In this document: one piece after another, positions 28,138 through 42,170 of the stretch
Layout of the letters: every line of letters begins with the position of its first letter
How positions within the stretch are numbered: the stretch's first letter is position 1
Assembly: GCA_951406725.2 (NCBI GenBank)
Contig: OX597822.1
Location: forward strand, 90,644,001-90,708,000
DNA: 64,000 nucleotides
Reading direction: 5' to 3'
Source of the DNA: Octopus vulgaris
Lineage: Eukaryota
Program-made: the position numbers and the translations under genes
The notes under the pieces: generated by a model
Told to the model about the DNA's origin: nothing
Seen by the model: only the letters and a program-made list of their open reading frames with translations
Databases searched by the model: none

Positions 28138-28251
28138 GTATTTTATGATTTGATGAGAGAAATCAGTTCTCGGAAAATGGCTGCCAGTCGACAAAATAAT
28201 GGCAAGAAGCACAATGGAGACCGACGCAAGAAGAAGTGTATAATTCTTTAA
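28138..28251 (+). CDS. Ral: Ral terminal exon 4b (canonical-type tail, CAAX CIIL; predicted 201-aa isoform)
   Basis: Long polypyrimidine tract and tgtAG acceptor; VFYDLMREISSRKMAASRQNNGKKHNGDRRKKKCIIL*, resembling the vertebrate Ral VFFDLMREIR...CCIL end. Confidence 0.95.
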   Translation, partial: VFYDLMREISSRKMAASRQNNGKKHNGDRRKKKCIIL

Positions 28252-30561
28252 CTGTGAGCAAGAGCAGTTGATCACTGACTATATTTCTGGTCCTTTTCCT
28301 TGCTTGTCCTCCTTTCCTTCCATCTCGTTGGTCCACCCACTCTTTTGGTTCATCAACTACCATTAACCTAGGCTATCACCTCCTCATCTCAACTGTTCCC
28401 TTGTGCATGTGCAAGGAAGTGTGTGTGCGTGTATGTATCTTTGCTTGCTTGTATGCATTGATGCATGCACTTTGCATCTGTCAGTATAAATTTGCTAAAC
28501 TTACACATCAATGTGACAGACTGTATCAGTGTGACAGACTCTGAATACTTAATACAATTTCTTCCATTTTTCTCAGGAGGAGATTAAAGCTTTTCTTTTG
28601 CAGCTTATGTTTGCAGAAATGCAAAAAAACAAACTTTTTTATGCAACATAGAGACTTAATCTCTCTCTCTCTCTCTCTCTCAGTGGAACACTAAGCACAC
28701 TCACTGCTGAATCTGACATTCCTTTCTTTTTTAAATAAAATTTAAAAACTTCCTGTTGTGTTGGAAGATGAAGCCATTGATTTATATGAATAATGAAGTG
28801 GCTGCAATAACTATGTAACCAATAATTATAAGGTTCAAACCAGGCAACTAATAATGAAGAAATGAAAAGTGGAGAAAAGAATCAGTTCCTGCAGAAATTT
28901 CGATTCTAGCAGTGTGTGTTTGTGTGAAATTATACTATCTCTGTTAGGGGCAGGTAATAGGATGGTATTATTGACACTGAAGATGCTGTGAGGAGTGGGG
29001 AACTCTTACTCATAACAGTTGTGGAGAGAAGTTCTGTTAATTACCTGTAACTTAGAGGGAAAAGTGGCTTAAATTCTGTTATTTTGAAGCTCATCAATTT
29101 CAAATTTGTTGTACCTCAATAGCTTTTGATTTCAGACCAGACATTCATTTGTTAAACATTTCTTCTTCAGTAAGAGTAAATTCCCTCCTTCCACAACCTT
29201 AGTCATTTGATAAGTAAAAATGTTTTCAATAGCACCTGATTTAATATATTGTTGTTGAAATAATAAATAACTTGGCCAGTTCTGTGATGAGACACTATTT
29301 AACATTGAATGATAGTGATACATTTTGCTGCTAGCATTTGAAATTCTTCTGGAGTATTGGAAATTGCTACTCAGTGTTTGCATCTCTTCCAAGTCCATTC
29401 AGTGAGTTGATGGCAAAATATCATATACTTGATTTGTTTTCCTTTTGAGTAAATTATAGAATAAAAGAACACATTGAAATTTATGCTATTTGATGATGTT
29501 TTGTGATGTTTGCTAACCATCTCTAAGATCTAAAAAGATGTATTTTTTTTTCTTGTTTCTAATAATTGTGGTTGTAGAAGCTCAAAGTGATAATATAAAT
29601 AATTATGTGAGAAAGAATTTTGAAAATAAGTGAAACAATTGCCATCATACAAGTTGACTGGCCATTTGATATGCAAGATATATTAAAGTGCAAATTAAAT
29701 CAACTTAACAAAATAAAGTATGATAAAAGAGAATTAATTTGACTGAGAAATTTCTGCCTTCATCTCAATGTCCTTAATAAAAATGTTTAAAAATCCCTCA
29801 TTTTGTAGATTTTCATTGCAGCATTTACTTGTTTAACATTTAAATGAAGTTGGATGTTTTCATATGGACCATATCCTATACGAAATTTTTGTTTACATTC
29901 CTTGTTTTCCACAAAATCTTCTTTTAAAAAAAAAAAACACTATCTGAAATCTGTGAATGCATATCTTGTATATTACTATGAGGTGATGGAGGGATGATTC
30001 TATCATTACATCAATTCTATTAGCTGTCTTTTACAATATTTCTATTTGTCTTTTAAAACTTTCTATACACTTTTTTTTTTACCATACTTTCACTCAACAT
30101 ACACATTTATTTATTTACTAATTGCTAGTTATCAGTCCAAAATCTTCATGTGAGTACTTGCAGCCCATTGTTTATGGAAAAAGTTTAAGTGTGTTTGTGT
30201 TGTGATTCTATTGAAATCCTGAAGCTGTACATAAACTAAGCATAGACTGCAAAATTTTTTTTAATTCTATGTATATTAAGGTTTACTTAATTGCTCATTT
30301 AGCATTACTTATCCAGTCTTACTAAAAATAACTCAGCCACAATAAATGAACTTTTAGTAAAAATTTCTTGGTATAGTCTTATTTTTTAATATTTTTTTCT
30401 ATAGCCTTATCAGAACTTTTTTTGTTTTTAAAGTCTTGAGACATTCAGCTATTTGCTTTTCAGGCGAACAGAATTTCATTTTGTGTCTATATAGCAAAAT
30501 AGAATTTCATACAGATGATAAAACATGCCAAATACATTGTCCGCATATGCATGAGTGTACA

Positions 30562-30592
<31 letters not shown>

Positions 30593-32239
30593 TCTCTCTC
30601 TTAATTCGGATAGTTAATGTCAGACATGATCCTAATACCATTTTGTGTTCAATCATTATTATTGTAAGCAGGTTTCAACATAGTCTTGAACAATTATCAA
30701 TTATCAGTCAGAATACTGGTCATGGGGAAGCAATAATTGTCTGATCAGATTATGTAGTTGAGAGTGGGAAAAGGACTTATTGTGCAGAATAATGACTAGT
30801 CAGTTTTTGGTGTGCATGTGTACTTAATACTTTTTATTTACTTTTGTTTTAAAAATGATATCAAAGCTTGAACGAGACGAACTGCTTTTAATTTTGACAT
30901 TAGTTTACTGCGTTCTCAGTCACTATTCTTTAACCCTTTTAAAAACAGAATATTTATTTTTTTTTTGTCATAATTATTTTTGTCTCAATATAACCTTGGA
31001 AGCTTGGCTATTCTTTGCCTACCTATTTCCATATATTTGTGTAAATGCCTTTCACTCAGCTTTTCTTCACCTTAGCTCTTTGCTCATGACTAATTTGACT
31101 CTATTTTCTCTCTCTTTTCATTGTCCATCCATCTATCCATCTCTTTTTCTTCCCCTCTGTCTCTCTTACCTTTTTCTTCTTTTTAAACCATAACTTAAAA
31201 TGATTTTTTGAGGCTTTATATTTAACCAGTCCTAAAAGTATGAAATGGCATCATAGTCAGAAATTTATGCATTTTTTAAATTTCAAATATAATAAACATT
31301 GCAATGGAGTGATAACTATTTTGACTTTTGTGTTTCTTGAATCTTTTAAGTTAAGTTTTTAAAATATAGCTTTCTGTCTCTGCTAATTGGCAGAATTATT
31401 AGAGCATCAGACAAATTGTTACACAGTATTTAGTTATGGACCTTTACATTCTGAGTTCAAATATCACTGCTGTCAATTTTGCTTTTCATCTTTCCAGGGT
31501 TGATAAAATAAATACCAGTCAAGTACTGAGTTTAATGGTATTGACTAACCCCTTCTCTCTAATTTCAGACCTTGTACCTATATTAGAAACAGTTATACTT
31601 GTGTGGATGATGGACTGCCCAGTCAATAGACCATTTAACAAAATGACTTGCAAAATTTCATTAGTTCCTTTTACAATCTGGTTCTGAATCCTACTATGGC
31701 TTACTTAGCCTCCCTTTCTACTAGCTGATAAAATTTTAAACTTTTAGTCAAATAGTGAATGGGGTCAACTTAATTGGCTGCACACTATTTTGTGAATTTG
31801 AAGTTAAAATAGAATTCATTCATGAAGAAGGCTGGACGAAATTCTTTGTGCTCTTTGGCTGCATCTGTTTAAATTCTGAATTCAACTTGTGCTGTGGTTG
31901 ACTTTGCTTTTTCATCTTTCCTTGGTTAATAAAATGTGGGATCAATTTTATACACGTCATTCCAAAACCACAAAAGTTACAAGCTGTTATTGTTCCTGGC
32001 AGGAAAAAAAACAAAAAAAAAACACCCTCTGGACAGTTTTCTATTGGTCTGTGTAATATCTATAATCTCATCTTTTTATATCAGATAGCATTGTCCATTG
32101 TCTTTAAATGACTTATAAAAGATCAAAACTTGTTAAAATAATGAAATATGAATAACAGGAAACAGAGACCTTATAACTTTTATTAAACATTAATAAGAAA
32201 AAATGAAATAAATAGGGAAGTAACCTTAAAACATTTAAT

Positions 32240-32615
32240 AGGAGTGGCTGTGTGGTAAGTAGCTTGTTTACCAACCACATGGTTCCGGGTTCAGTCCCAC
32301 TGCGTGGCACCTTGGGCAAGTGTTTTCTACTATAGCCTCGCGCCAACCAAAGCCTTGTGAGTGGATTTGGTAGACGGAAACTGAAAGAAGTCCGTCGTAT
32401 ATATGTATATATGTGTGTCTGTGTTTGTCCCCCTGGCATTGCTTGACAACCAATGCTGGTGTGTTTATGTCCCCGTTACTTAGTGGTTCGGCAAAAGAGA
32501 CTGATAGAATAAGTACTGGGCTTACAAAAGAATAAGTCCCGGGGTCGAGTTGCTCGATTAAAGGCGGTGCTCCAGCATGGCCACAGTCAAATGACTGAAA
32601 CAAGTAAAAGAGTAA
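32240..32615 (+). mobile_element. Full-length tRNA-derived SINE
   Basis: A box TGGCTGTGTGG, B box GGTTCAGTCCC, internal microsatellite, tail ending GAAACAAGTAAAAGAGTAAA. Confidence 0.88.
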
Positions 32616-34015
32616 ATGTTAAACATTTCTATGAAAAATTGCATGTTATAAAACAGGGAAATGTGAAACTATTGGTTGTAACAAAAAGTCTGTGGTGGTT
32701 TCAGTGTCAGCAAATGCTATTATGACACAATTAGTTGGAGATGTAATAATGCACCCAAACCATAGTTTTAATGACATAGATCAGTGGTTTAAGTAGCGAT
32801 GCTCAGCATGATGATAGATGTATCGAAATGGTTAAGAAATGATTTTTAATGGCATGACTCAGTAGTTTTTAATGATACAGATCAATGTTGATTGTTTATG
32901 AGACAGTGCAGATAGCTGAAATGAGAACTTGGTGTTGGTTGTCATGACATAACTCAGTGTTGCTTAGTGATGATTGTAATGACACAAACAAACTGTAGTT
33001 GTAATGAAACATTGTTTATCGTAAAGAGATTTTAGAAATTTTTGTGGCAATTCAGTGGTGGTTATAACGAAATAGCTTAATAGTGATTCTAGTAATAAAA
33101 CGTTTTGGTGATTCTAGTGAAGCAAACCAGTGATGGTGGTTGTTATGGCTTCGTTTTTATACACTCAGTGTATAAACAGCTAACGCTTAGCTGTTTTAGT
33201 GAAACAGCTGAGTATTAGTTGTATTGAAATGGTTAAATGATGGTTGCAATAACACCTCTCTGTGATGGTAGAAATGACTTAGCTTGTCGGTGAGATTTTT
33301 GCATTTGCTTATGAAACACAGTTCAGATATGCTTATGAAAATATTCAGCAGTGAGAAAACTGACTCAGTCTCCTGTATCTTTAATCTAGAGTCTCTGCTA
33401 AAAGTTGATTCTTGTGCTTGAGAAATCCTGGCAGAATCAGGTTCCTTTTGTTTTCATTGAGGTTCATATGCAAGCATTTGGTTTGGTTTTCCAATTTCTT
33501 CTCTGATCTAATCACCCTTCTGTTACTTTATTGTTCAGCATTTACTACCAACCATTCAGACATAGCTGCCTACATCTGATTTGTGTGTAAAGTCTATTTT
33601 ACAAAAAGTAAAAATTGAATATAACAAACATTATGTGAGAATAAAAAAAAAAAAGCAGAGACAGTCCTATCAAGTTGAATAATTTCATTATTTTGTTGAC
33701 CTCACAAATTGTGTGACTCAATAAGAAAAAACTTTTTCTTTTTAACTATTCAATAACTAACAATTGTTGCACAGTATAACAACAGGAAATAAAAGAAACA
33801 GAACACATTGCAAGATATTCAAAATTATTTTGATAAAAATTGTAGTGGGGGGGGGGGGTAGACATAAAATCAATGAGCACAAGCAAGTTAATGAACTGTT
33901 AAAAAGGTATTGATTTTTTTTTGTGTGTGTGTGTGTGTTCTTAATTAAAAATAATGTAAAAAAAAATGTGCACCTTTGAAAACATATTTGTGCATTAGTT
34001 GGTAAAATAATGTAA

Positions 34016-34322
34016 TGTGGCTTAGTGGTTAGGGCATTCGGCTCACAATCATAAGGTCATGAGTTCAATTCCTAGATAGAACAAGACACTTTATTTCCTC
34101 TTGCTCCAGTCCACTCAGCTGGCAAAAGTGAATAGTACCTGTATTTCAAAGGGCCAGTCTGCCTTGTCACACTCTGTGTCACGCTGAATCTCCCTGAGAA
34201 CTACATTAAATGTACACGTGTCTGTGGAGTGCTCAGCCACTTGCACGTTAATTTCACTAGCAAGCTGTTTTGTTGATTGTATCACTTGGGACCCTCAGCA
34301 TCATAACTGACGGAGTGCTCCC
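34016..34322 (+). mobile_element. Second tRNA-derived SINE family
   Basis: TGGCTTAGTGGTTAG (A box)...GAGTTCAATTCC (B box); inverted sibling at ~39075-39300. Confidence 0.7.
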
Positions 34323-35227
34323 CCTAATATAATATATCTCTTAGCATGTGATTGAAATGAAAATATAAATATTAGGACATCAAAACAAAAAAATCCAATA
34401 AAGAAATAAATTATCCATTTATCAACATCATTCCAAGTGTTACCATCAAGTACTTTTTGTTTCTAAACATACTAGGTGGAGTTTTCTAATAGCAGAGCCT
34501 TGAAGTCTCATACATCAAGGTAAATGAAAAGCAATTTTTTTCTTCATTTTTTTAGTATCCTTGTGTCCTATAGAACAGGAATTACAATTCAGAAAACATT
34601 TTTATCCAAACATGGAAATTTTTTTTAATATTGTTTCTGAGTTCTGTACTCTTTTCTTTCCCATTAATTATAGGATTCTAGGAAAAGATATATTTTCCAA
34701 TGCTGCCTTCCTTCTCTCTAAGGCTATGATTTCAGGATGGAGTTGCGATGTGGGGGTCATTTATGATTGAGTGGCAATGTGGGGGGTCATTGAATCACTC
34801 ATGGGTCAATTGGTAAATGCGGCGAATTATATTAAGAAATTGTGAATATGTAAAAACATGGTAGTTTAATTCAAGTACTGAGACGAAATAGTGTTTACTA
34901 TACAGGTAAGTGATACAGCAGTGGTCAGAAATGTTACTACTGTCGTTATATATCATAATGCTAAATGATTATTTTTCTACAATATCCATTCTTTTAAAAA
35001 TAAAAGTTCATATTCACTCTGCAGTAAACATTTCGTTTGTGTTTTGAAAACATGAAAGTATTAACATAATGAATATGCAATATGTGCTTAGAGTCTGTGT
35101 GTGTGTCTGTCTGTTTGTCATCAGGAAAGCAACAGACACTAAAAGAAGACAGCATGGAAAAGTCAAATTTAAAAAAAAAATGTTTTAGTTTAATTCTCAG
35201 GGGAAAAAATGGCATATATATAAACAC

Positions 35228-36385
35228 AAAGGTAAGTCAAAAATTATCTGCACTTTCACGAAAACTTTCTTTAAGCTAGCCACGCTGCCTTCAGCACTCA
35301 TGTGCAAAAAGATGGTACTCTTTTGATTACATTACCCAGGTTTGACCTTTGATTGCTCCAGTTTTCTGATGTTACGAAGTAAACATGGCCACTGATTCAG
35401 TTTCTCTGGTTTGAAGGTGCTTCAGTGACTGAAATTCACTGCAGGTTTTCAGAGCAATATGAGAATAGTGCTCTACTACATAGAAATGTGTATGGATCAA
35501 GAAGTTTAGAAATGGCCAAACGAGCACGAAGAGGGGCGGGGGTGCAAGATGCCCATCAACTTCCACCACCGATGTGAAAACTGGAGAGATAGTTTTGGCA
35601 AACCAACAAGTGACTATGATGTGGCATATTCTCTGCAAATTAGTCATGGTTCTGCATAGAAAACCCATCCACAACAAGCTTTCTTTTTGTGAAGATCTTG
35701 CAAGATGTGTACCTAGAGAGTTTACTGAAGCCCATACGTACAATTGTATGGAGATCTGTCAACACTTATTCAACTGCTATACTGATGAAGTTTAAGAGAA
35801 TAGACACTAGCAATTAGATCTGGATTCACTACTTTGAGTAAAAATCCAAAAAGCAGAGTATGGTGTGGAAACACCCAGAATTGCCAGCATATAAAAGAAA
35901 TTAAAGACCCAACCTTCTGCAGAATAAGTGGCACTAACCGTTTTGGGGATGCAAAAGTGCCTATACTGGAACATTACCTGGAAATGGGGCCTACGGTCAC
36001 TGTCAGCTATAGCGAAATTCTGGTCATCAAACTGAAACCAGCAATTCACACCAAATGCCAAGGTCTATTGTCAAAGCAAATGTTGCACAATAATGCACCC
36101 TGTGCCCTGCATGCAGTCCATATCTCATCCCTTGTGACTATCACCTCTTTGATCTGCTCAAACCTCTTTTGTGAGGTTGTCAATTTGTTATAGATGAAGA
36201 AGTGCATAAATGGCTGTGTGGCCAGCCAAAAACCTTCTTCGGTGGAATAAGTAAGCTTGTGGACCACTGGAAGAAGTGCATTGAAAAGCAAAGAGACAAT
36301 GTCAGAAATGAGGCAATTACTCAATTTTTGTTTTTGTTTGAATAAATTACAGAAACAAGGCTGTGTGTAATATTTGACTTATTGT
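35228..36385 (+). mobile_element. Decayed mariner transposon
   Basis: Remnants WIKKFRNGQTS, ARCVPREFT (WVPRxLT motif), HNNA (HDNA); TIR-like TAAGTCAAA.../...TTTGACTTA. Confidence 0.7.
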
Positions 36386-36515
36386 ATGTATGTATTAAGT
36401 CTTATTTAAAAATTTCTTGCCAATAGAGAAAGAACCAGTTTCTAACCTAGACCCAAGGCTCCTTCATTGAAATTTCAACATCATCAGGGTATTTTTTCAT
36501 GTATGTGTGTATATA

Positions 36516-36905
36516 CTCTTTACTCTTTTACTTGTTTCAGTCATTTGACTGTGGCCATACTGGAGCACCGCCTTTAATCGAGCAACTTGACCCCGGGACT
36601 TATTCTTTGTAAGCCCAGTACTTATTCTATCGGTCTCTTTGCTGAACCGCTAAGTTACAGGGACATAAACACACCAGCATTGGTTGGGGGGACAAACACA
36701 GATATACAAACTCACATATATACATATATATACATATATACGACAGGCTTCTTTCAGTTTCCGTCTACCAAATCCACTCACAAGGCTTTGGTCGGCCCGA
36801 GGCTATTAGTAGAAGACACTTGCCCAAAGTGCCACGCAGTGGGACTGAACCCGGAACCATGTGGTTGGTAAACAAGCTACTTACCACACAGCCACTCCTG
36901 CGCCT
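36516..36905 (-). mobile_element. Full-length tRNA-derived SINE
   Basis: Near reverse complement of 32240-32615. Confidence 0.88.
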
Positions 36906-36999
36906 ATGTGCAGATTTGTATGTTTTGTTTTATGTATTCTTATGCATATAGTTGCCTGTTTAGACATGTGCATATATACTTAAACGATAAACTTCTGAA

Positions 37000-37725
37000 A
37001 AGTTTTAGAGGTTCCAGTGCTTGCTTGGATCTGTAGTCTTTGAATCAGCTTTCTCCTTTCAGGTCTTGAGAAGCCTGAGTTCTTAAGAGTGGTACTTTGT
37101 CAGTGTGTTACATATTCCAGTAACCCCATAATTACAGGTACAAACCTGGACTTGTAATCTGGATAGAGTAACTAGATTTCTCAATAGTTCAGCAAAGGTA
37201 TTTTCCTTTTCACTGACATTTAGCTGTATATTCACATCTGCTGGGCAGCTGATTTCTGCTACTGTACACAGTTTCTCATCTTTGTCCCAAATCGTTTCAT
37301 CAGGTCTATTATGTTTACATTTTATTGACACATTCTATCATTCCTATCATGAGTGGTTATGGCCTCTACCATACTGTGGGCTTTTATTCCTTTGGCCTTA
37401 GGGTTACTCATTCTGAAGGATCTCATAGTGCAGTGCCCTGGCTACAGCACCATGTCTCATATAATACTGATGAGATTTTTGAACAACTACTGATGATGTA
37501 GGTGATGTCTTCAGTGTCAACACCACAAAGTCTGCATCGCTTATCACATTTTGACATTTCCCCTGCATCTTTGTCCCTTTTGAGCATCAGGTATTTGGTT
37601 GATATTTTTTGTTCTGGAGTTGCAAACACACAACCTTCAAAGTGAGAGTTAGTAATCTAGTTGTTGGTCCATGATAGATGACTTTGATTATCATTGTTAC
37701 TATCATCCTGGAGCTTTCTGCTAAC
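37000..37725 (-). mobile_element. R4/Dong-like LINE 3' remnant
   Basis: CRLCGVDTEDITYIISSC (zinc knuckle) followed by KHNRPD..IWDK...AEISCP (restriction-like endonuclease). Confidence 0.7.
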
Positions 37726-37759
37726 ATATCTATGCATGTTTTGTGTATGTATGCATACC

Positions 37760-38260
37760 CTTCCCCTCCTTCAAACGAGCCACAACCTATGAGACCTCTT
37801 GTTCCACAGCTTCTTCTCTAACCCAACCTACCAACCCAGCTTGTTCCCTTGCTCTCACCCACGCTGCTGCACTTGCCCTTACTCTCCAACACCACCCTCC
37901 TCACCAGCACCCATCAATAACCCTATCATATCACCAACTCCTTCACCTGCATTTGTAGCAATGTCATCTACTGCATCGCCTGCTCTCTTTGCCTTTCTCT
38001 CTACATTGGGCAAATGGGACGCCACTTGGCTGACTGGTTCGTGGAACACCCCCAAGACATCTGATTCGACAATAACACCCTGGTCTCGTGCCATTTCCAG
38101 TCACTCTTTGCAACCCCTGTCTGTGTTTGGATTGTCCTTGCACAGGGGCGATCCGGACAAATTGACTCCTGTCTTCACAATGAACATGGATTAATCTTCC
38201 CTCTTTGATACTTTGCGTCCCATGGGCTCAAGTCTCCTCCCCTCTTCATCTAACTCTCTT
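37760..38260 (+). mobile_element. Penelope-like GIY-YIG endonuclease remnant
   Basis: ~37938-38060 reads SFTCICSNVIYCIACSLCLSLYIGQMGRHLADWFVEH (VIY-YIG motif). Confidence 0.8.
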
Positions 38261-39301
38261 CCTCTCACACCTACTTCCTCCCATCCACCTCTCCTCTTGC
38301 CCCAACTTGTACTTCTGCTCTTCACCCCTACCCTCCTCTCTTCTCGTCACTTCTACCCACCTTCTCCCTTCATCGACACCTCCCTCATAACCCTACCCCT
38401 ACACAATCCAACCCCACCTTCAGTCTAACCCACACCCCACCCTTGCTTTCCCAAATCTCGCCTCTCCACATCCCAACACAACGACACCACACAATAACAA
38501 CACACACCACTAATACCACACAATACCACATCACACCACCACGCACACACTAGCACTGACCACTTCCCAGCACCTACACCATCATCTGCACACATACACA
38601 TGCACACACACACACTTCAAGGTCAGCAGCCCTCCTCCACACGCACATACATGCTCTCTTATACACACGCACCTTCGTTTTGGGATCACCACTACTTTAT
38701 TATCTCCCCTTCTTCCTAACTCTCCTGTGTGATCCCTCTGTGTGGCATTCACCATGATAGATCGCTAGCCACTACACATGTTAACCTTAAGACCGAGGAA
38801 GCTAAGTGCATCAGGTCCTACTAAGTCCATCCAGAATGTACCCATTTACACTTCTAGAGATGGCTAAAATGTCTTCTCTATATAGACCAAAGTGGATTGA
38901 TGGGAACCTCTTACTTAAGATGTCCAGTATATATAAGCTTATGAGGTCGCAGGTATCCACCCATCGTCACATTGAAGGATTTTTCTGGGTTAGTTTATTT
39001 GACTTAGGTTGAACATTTGTTGAACAACCTTCGTTGAGTATCAGTTTTCTTCACTTATGGAAAACTGGCACTGCAGTGAGAATTCAGTTGATCCTATCAA
39101 CAGAACAGCTAGCTCGTTGAATTAATGTGCAAGTGGTTGAACACTTCACAGACACATGCACCCTTGACATAGTTTTCAGGGAGATTTAGTGTGACAAAGC
39201 TAGTCCTTTGCAAAACAAGTATGACTCATTTTGCCAGCTGAGTGAACTAGAACAACGTGAAGGGACTCAACTCACCACCAGGCATCGAACTCATGACCTA
39301 G

Positions 39302-42170
39302 CGATCTAGTAGACCGCTACCGACTGGATGAGTCGAGCGTTTCACAGTGGACGTGGAGTAATAACGGCGGCTCATGCAGATCGTATATAGATAGAATTTT
39401 TGTTAAGGAAAGAGATAAGCATAGCTTTAGCTGTCCACAATTTTGTATTGTGCCTTACACGGATCACAAACTTGTGACGTGTGAGGTACATGTAGATAAG
39501 TGTCATAGACAAGGACCCGGGTATTGGAAATTGAACAAGTCTATTTTGACTTGTGAAGCTTTCCGTACCCGAATTAAGGAGATAGTGCAGAGGGCATTAT
39601 GTGGCACCATCATTAATAATAGGTGGTGGCACGCCCTCAAGAGAGCCATCCGTCTTGAGTCCATTAGATTTAGCAAGCAGCTGAGTTTAGATAAGACTAG
39701 ACTAGAGGGTGACTTAGTTAAGAGCCTACATGAGGCAATGGAATTTGGCTCCGCATCTAGAGTGTCGGCGGCGAGAACGGTCCTGTACCGTCACCTCAAT
39801 GCCAAACATGAAGTGTATCGAGTTAGAGCTAAGTTACGCGCTAGGAAACGAGAGGGTATTAACGTAGCCAGGTGGGCACGTCGTGTGGAGAGTCAGAAGG
39901 GTAAGAAGTCCTGTATTAAGTCTTTAACTGACGAGCAGGGACGCAAGATCTATGAATAGGAGAAGATGCAAAAGGCTTTTCACCATCCTTTTGTTCGGGG
40001 AGAGCGGTCCGCTTGAGCGCGGGGAGCTCTTAAGGGACTTCTTAGCTGGTGGGCCTCGACTCTCGGCACGTGAAACTGAAAGCCGTGAAGGCCCGATCAC
40101 TCCTGCGGAGGTAAGAGAGGTGCTGGCCGAGTGCGCCGGGGAAAAGTCTCCGGGACTGGATGGTCTGTCCTACGAATTTTATCGCTTAATGCCGGACTTG
40201 TTTGGGGATGTTCTGGCAGGCGTCTATGCAAACTGGCAGCAGAATGGGAGAATTCCCAGTTCTGTAAGCCGGGGAGTTGTGACACTGATCCAGAAGGACC
40301 CAAGCAAGGGGGATAGGATTAGTAACTACAGGCCCATAACTCTGCTTAACGTAGAGTTAAAGATTTTGGCCAAGGTGTTAGCAAAAAGGTTGACGGCTGT
40401 CGTGGAGAAGCTTGTCGGAAAGGCACAAACTTGTGCAATACCAGGCAGGTCGATCCAGGACAATCTTCATCTTCTCTGCTACACCTTAGAGAGGGTGGGT
40501 AAAATAGCCGACAAAGGAGGGGCATTGGTCCACTTAGACCAAAGTAAAGCATTCGACAGGGTAGACCACCGGTATCTGGGGGCTGTCCTCGAAACGGCTG
40601 GGCTAGGCCCTGGCCTTCGCGGGCGGATCTCCGCTATATATAGCAGCATCAAGTCCACCGTTCAGATAAACGGTTATTTAACGGAGCCGTTTTCGATTAA
40701 GCGGTCTGTTCGTCAAGGTTGTCCCCTGCATCCGATTCTGTATGTTTTGACCCTGGAGCCATTGCTGCGGAGGCTGGAGAAGTTAGGCGGCAACCCTAAT
40801 GAGATTGGATGCGGTAAGTTCACTTCTGCTTATGCGGACGACGTCACTCTCATCGTGTCTAAGGAGGCACAACTACCTCATGTAGAAGATGCTCTCTGAA
40901 GATACGAAACGGTGGCAGGAGCAAAGGTTAACAAGGACAAGTCCATCGGTTTGCGCCTCGGCACCTGGCGGAACAAGCCGATATCGTCCAGTGTCGTCGG
41001 ACACTGGACAGATGGTCCTGTTAAGTTGCTTGGGGTTTGGTTTGGTTGAGACTCCCAGACGGAGAAGAATTGGAGCGAGGTACTGGACAAGGTGGAGGCC
41101 ATAGTACGGAAGTGGTCCGGAAGGTCTCTGTCCTTGAAGGGTAGAGCGGAGGTGGTGCAGGTGTTTATAGCATCGTTAATCACCTACCACCTGTCCGTTG
41201 TGCCTTCCTCCGACTTTTGGCTAAACAAGCTGGTACGACTCCTCTTCCGCTTTTTGTGGAGAGGGGGAAAGCCACTTGTGAGGCGCTCCGTATGCTGCCA
41301 GGAACCGCTAAAGGGTGGCTTGGGGATGTTCTGGCTAATGATGCGCAGACATGCGTTGAGGCTGAGACATCTCTGGTGCCACCTGGGGGGTGATAAGGTG
41401 TGGAGTCCGTTGGCGGAAGAGTTCTTGCCGCGACCGGCCTCGCTGGAAAGATTTAAATTCGGTCTCATTAAAAGACGTAAGCTGACTTTACGGCAGAAGG
41501 AGTGCCGTCAGACAAGACGGGCAAGGCTAGCTGCGGGAATACCACCTCGGTATTCTATAGAGGGCTTGTGGAGGGAAAAAAATGATGACGTCTTAGGAGG
41601 GGCTCTGGGGTTCGACGAGAACCAACTTACCAACCTGTTTTGGAAAACCTTGAAGCCGGAGTATTTGGATAATTTCCAAAAGTCTCTGACTTGGCAGTGT
41701 TACAGGAATGCTTTACCTGTTCGCGAGAAGTTATCTAGGCACGGTATGGCAGTGCCACCGACATGTCCAAGATGCGGGCGGGACAGTGAAACTGTCCAGC
41801 ATGCTTTTATACATTGTCGGCAGCTTTCCAGCTTGATAATTTACGTAGAACACGTGTTTTTGCATCTGGGACGAGTACAGCTGTCAGCTGGATCTATGAT
41901 AAAGATGATACCGCCAACTGGACTCTCAAAGGAAGGCGAGGCTTGTTTTTTCTGTACGGTAGCAGTGTTGAAAGAGTGTATATGGAGGACTAGAATGGAA
42001 GGTTTTGTGACAGGGGCCTGGATTGCTGCTTTACTTCAGATACCATCTAAAGAGCAAGATAGGGCTGGAAAAGAGGACCCTGTCAACTAGAATATATGAA
42101 CAAAGATGGAAGGAAGTGGTGAAAAAGGTGGGTGTAAGTTACCCAAATCGATCATCGAGGGAATAAAAAG
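39302..42170 (+). mobile_element. 5'-truncated Tx1/L1-clade LINE ORF2 pseudogene
   Basis: End of APE domain (SYIDRIFV, TDHKLV, GYWKLN), RT (KSPGLDG, NYRPITLLN, DQSKAFDRV, RQGCPL, YADD) and C-terminal CPRC...HAFIHC. Few frameshifts/stops; CpGs retained. Confidence 0.92.

Noticed and set aside
32240-32310. tRNA gene
   Set aside because: The A/B boxes belong to a multi-copy SINE head; no full cloverleaf.
39450-42090. Active LINE or host gene
   Set aside because: 5'-truncated, no ORF1, frameshifts and in-frame stops.
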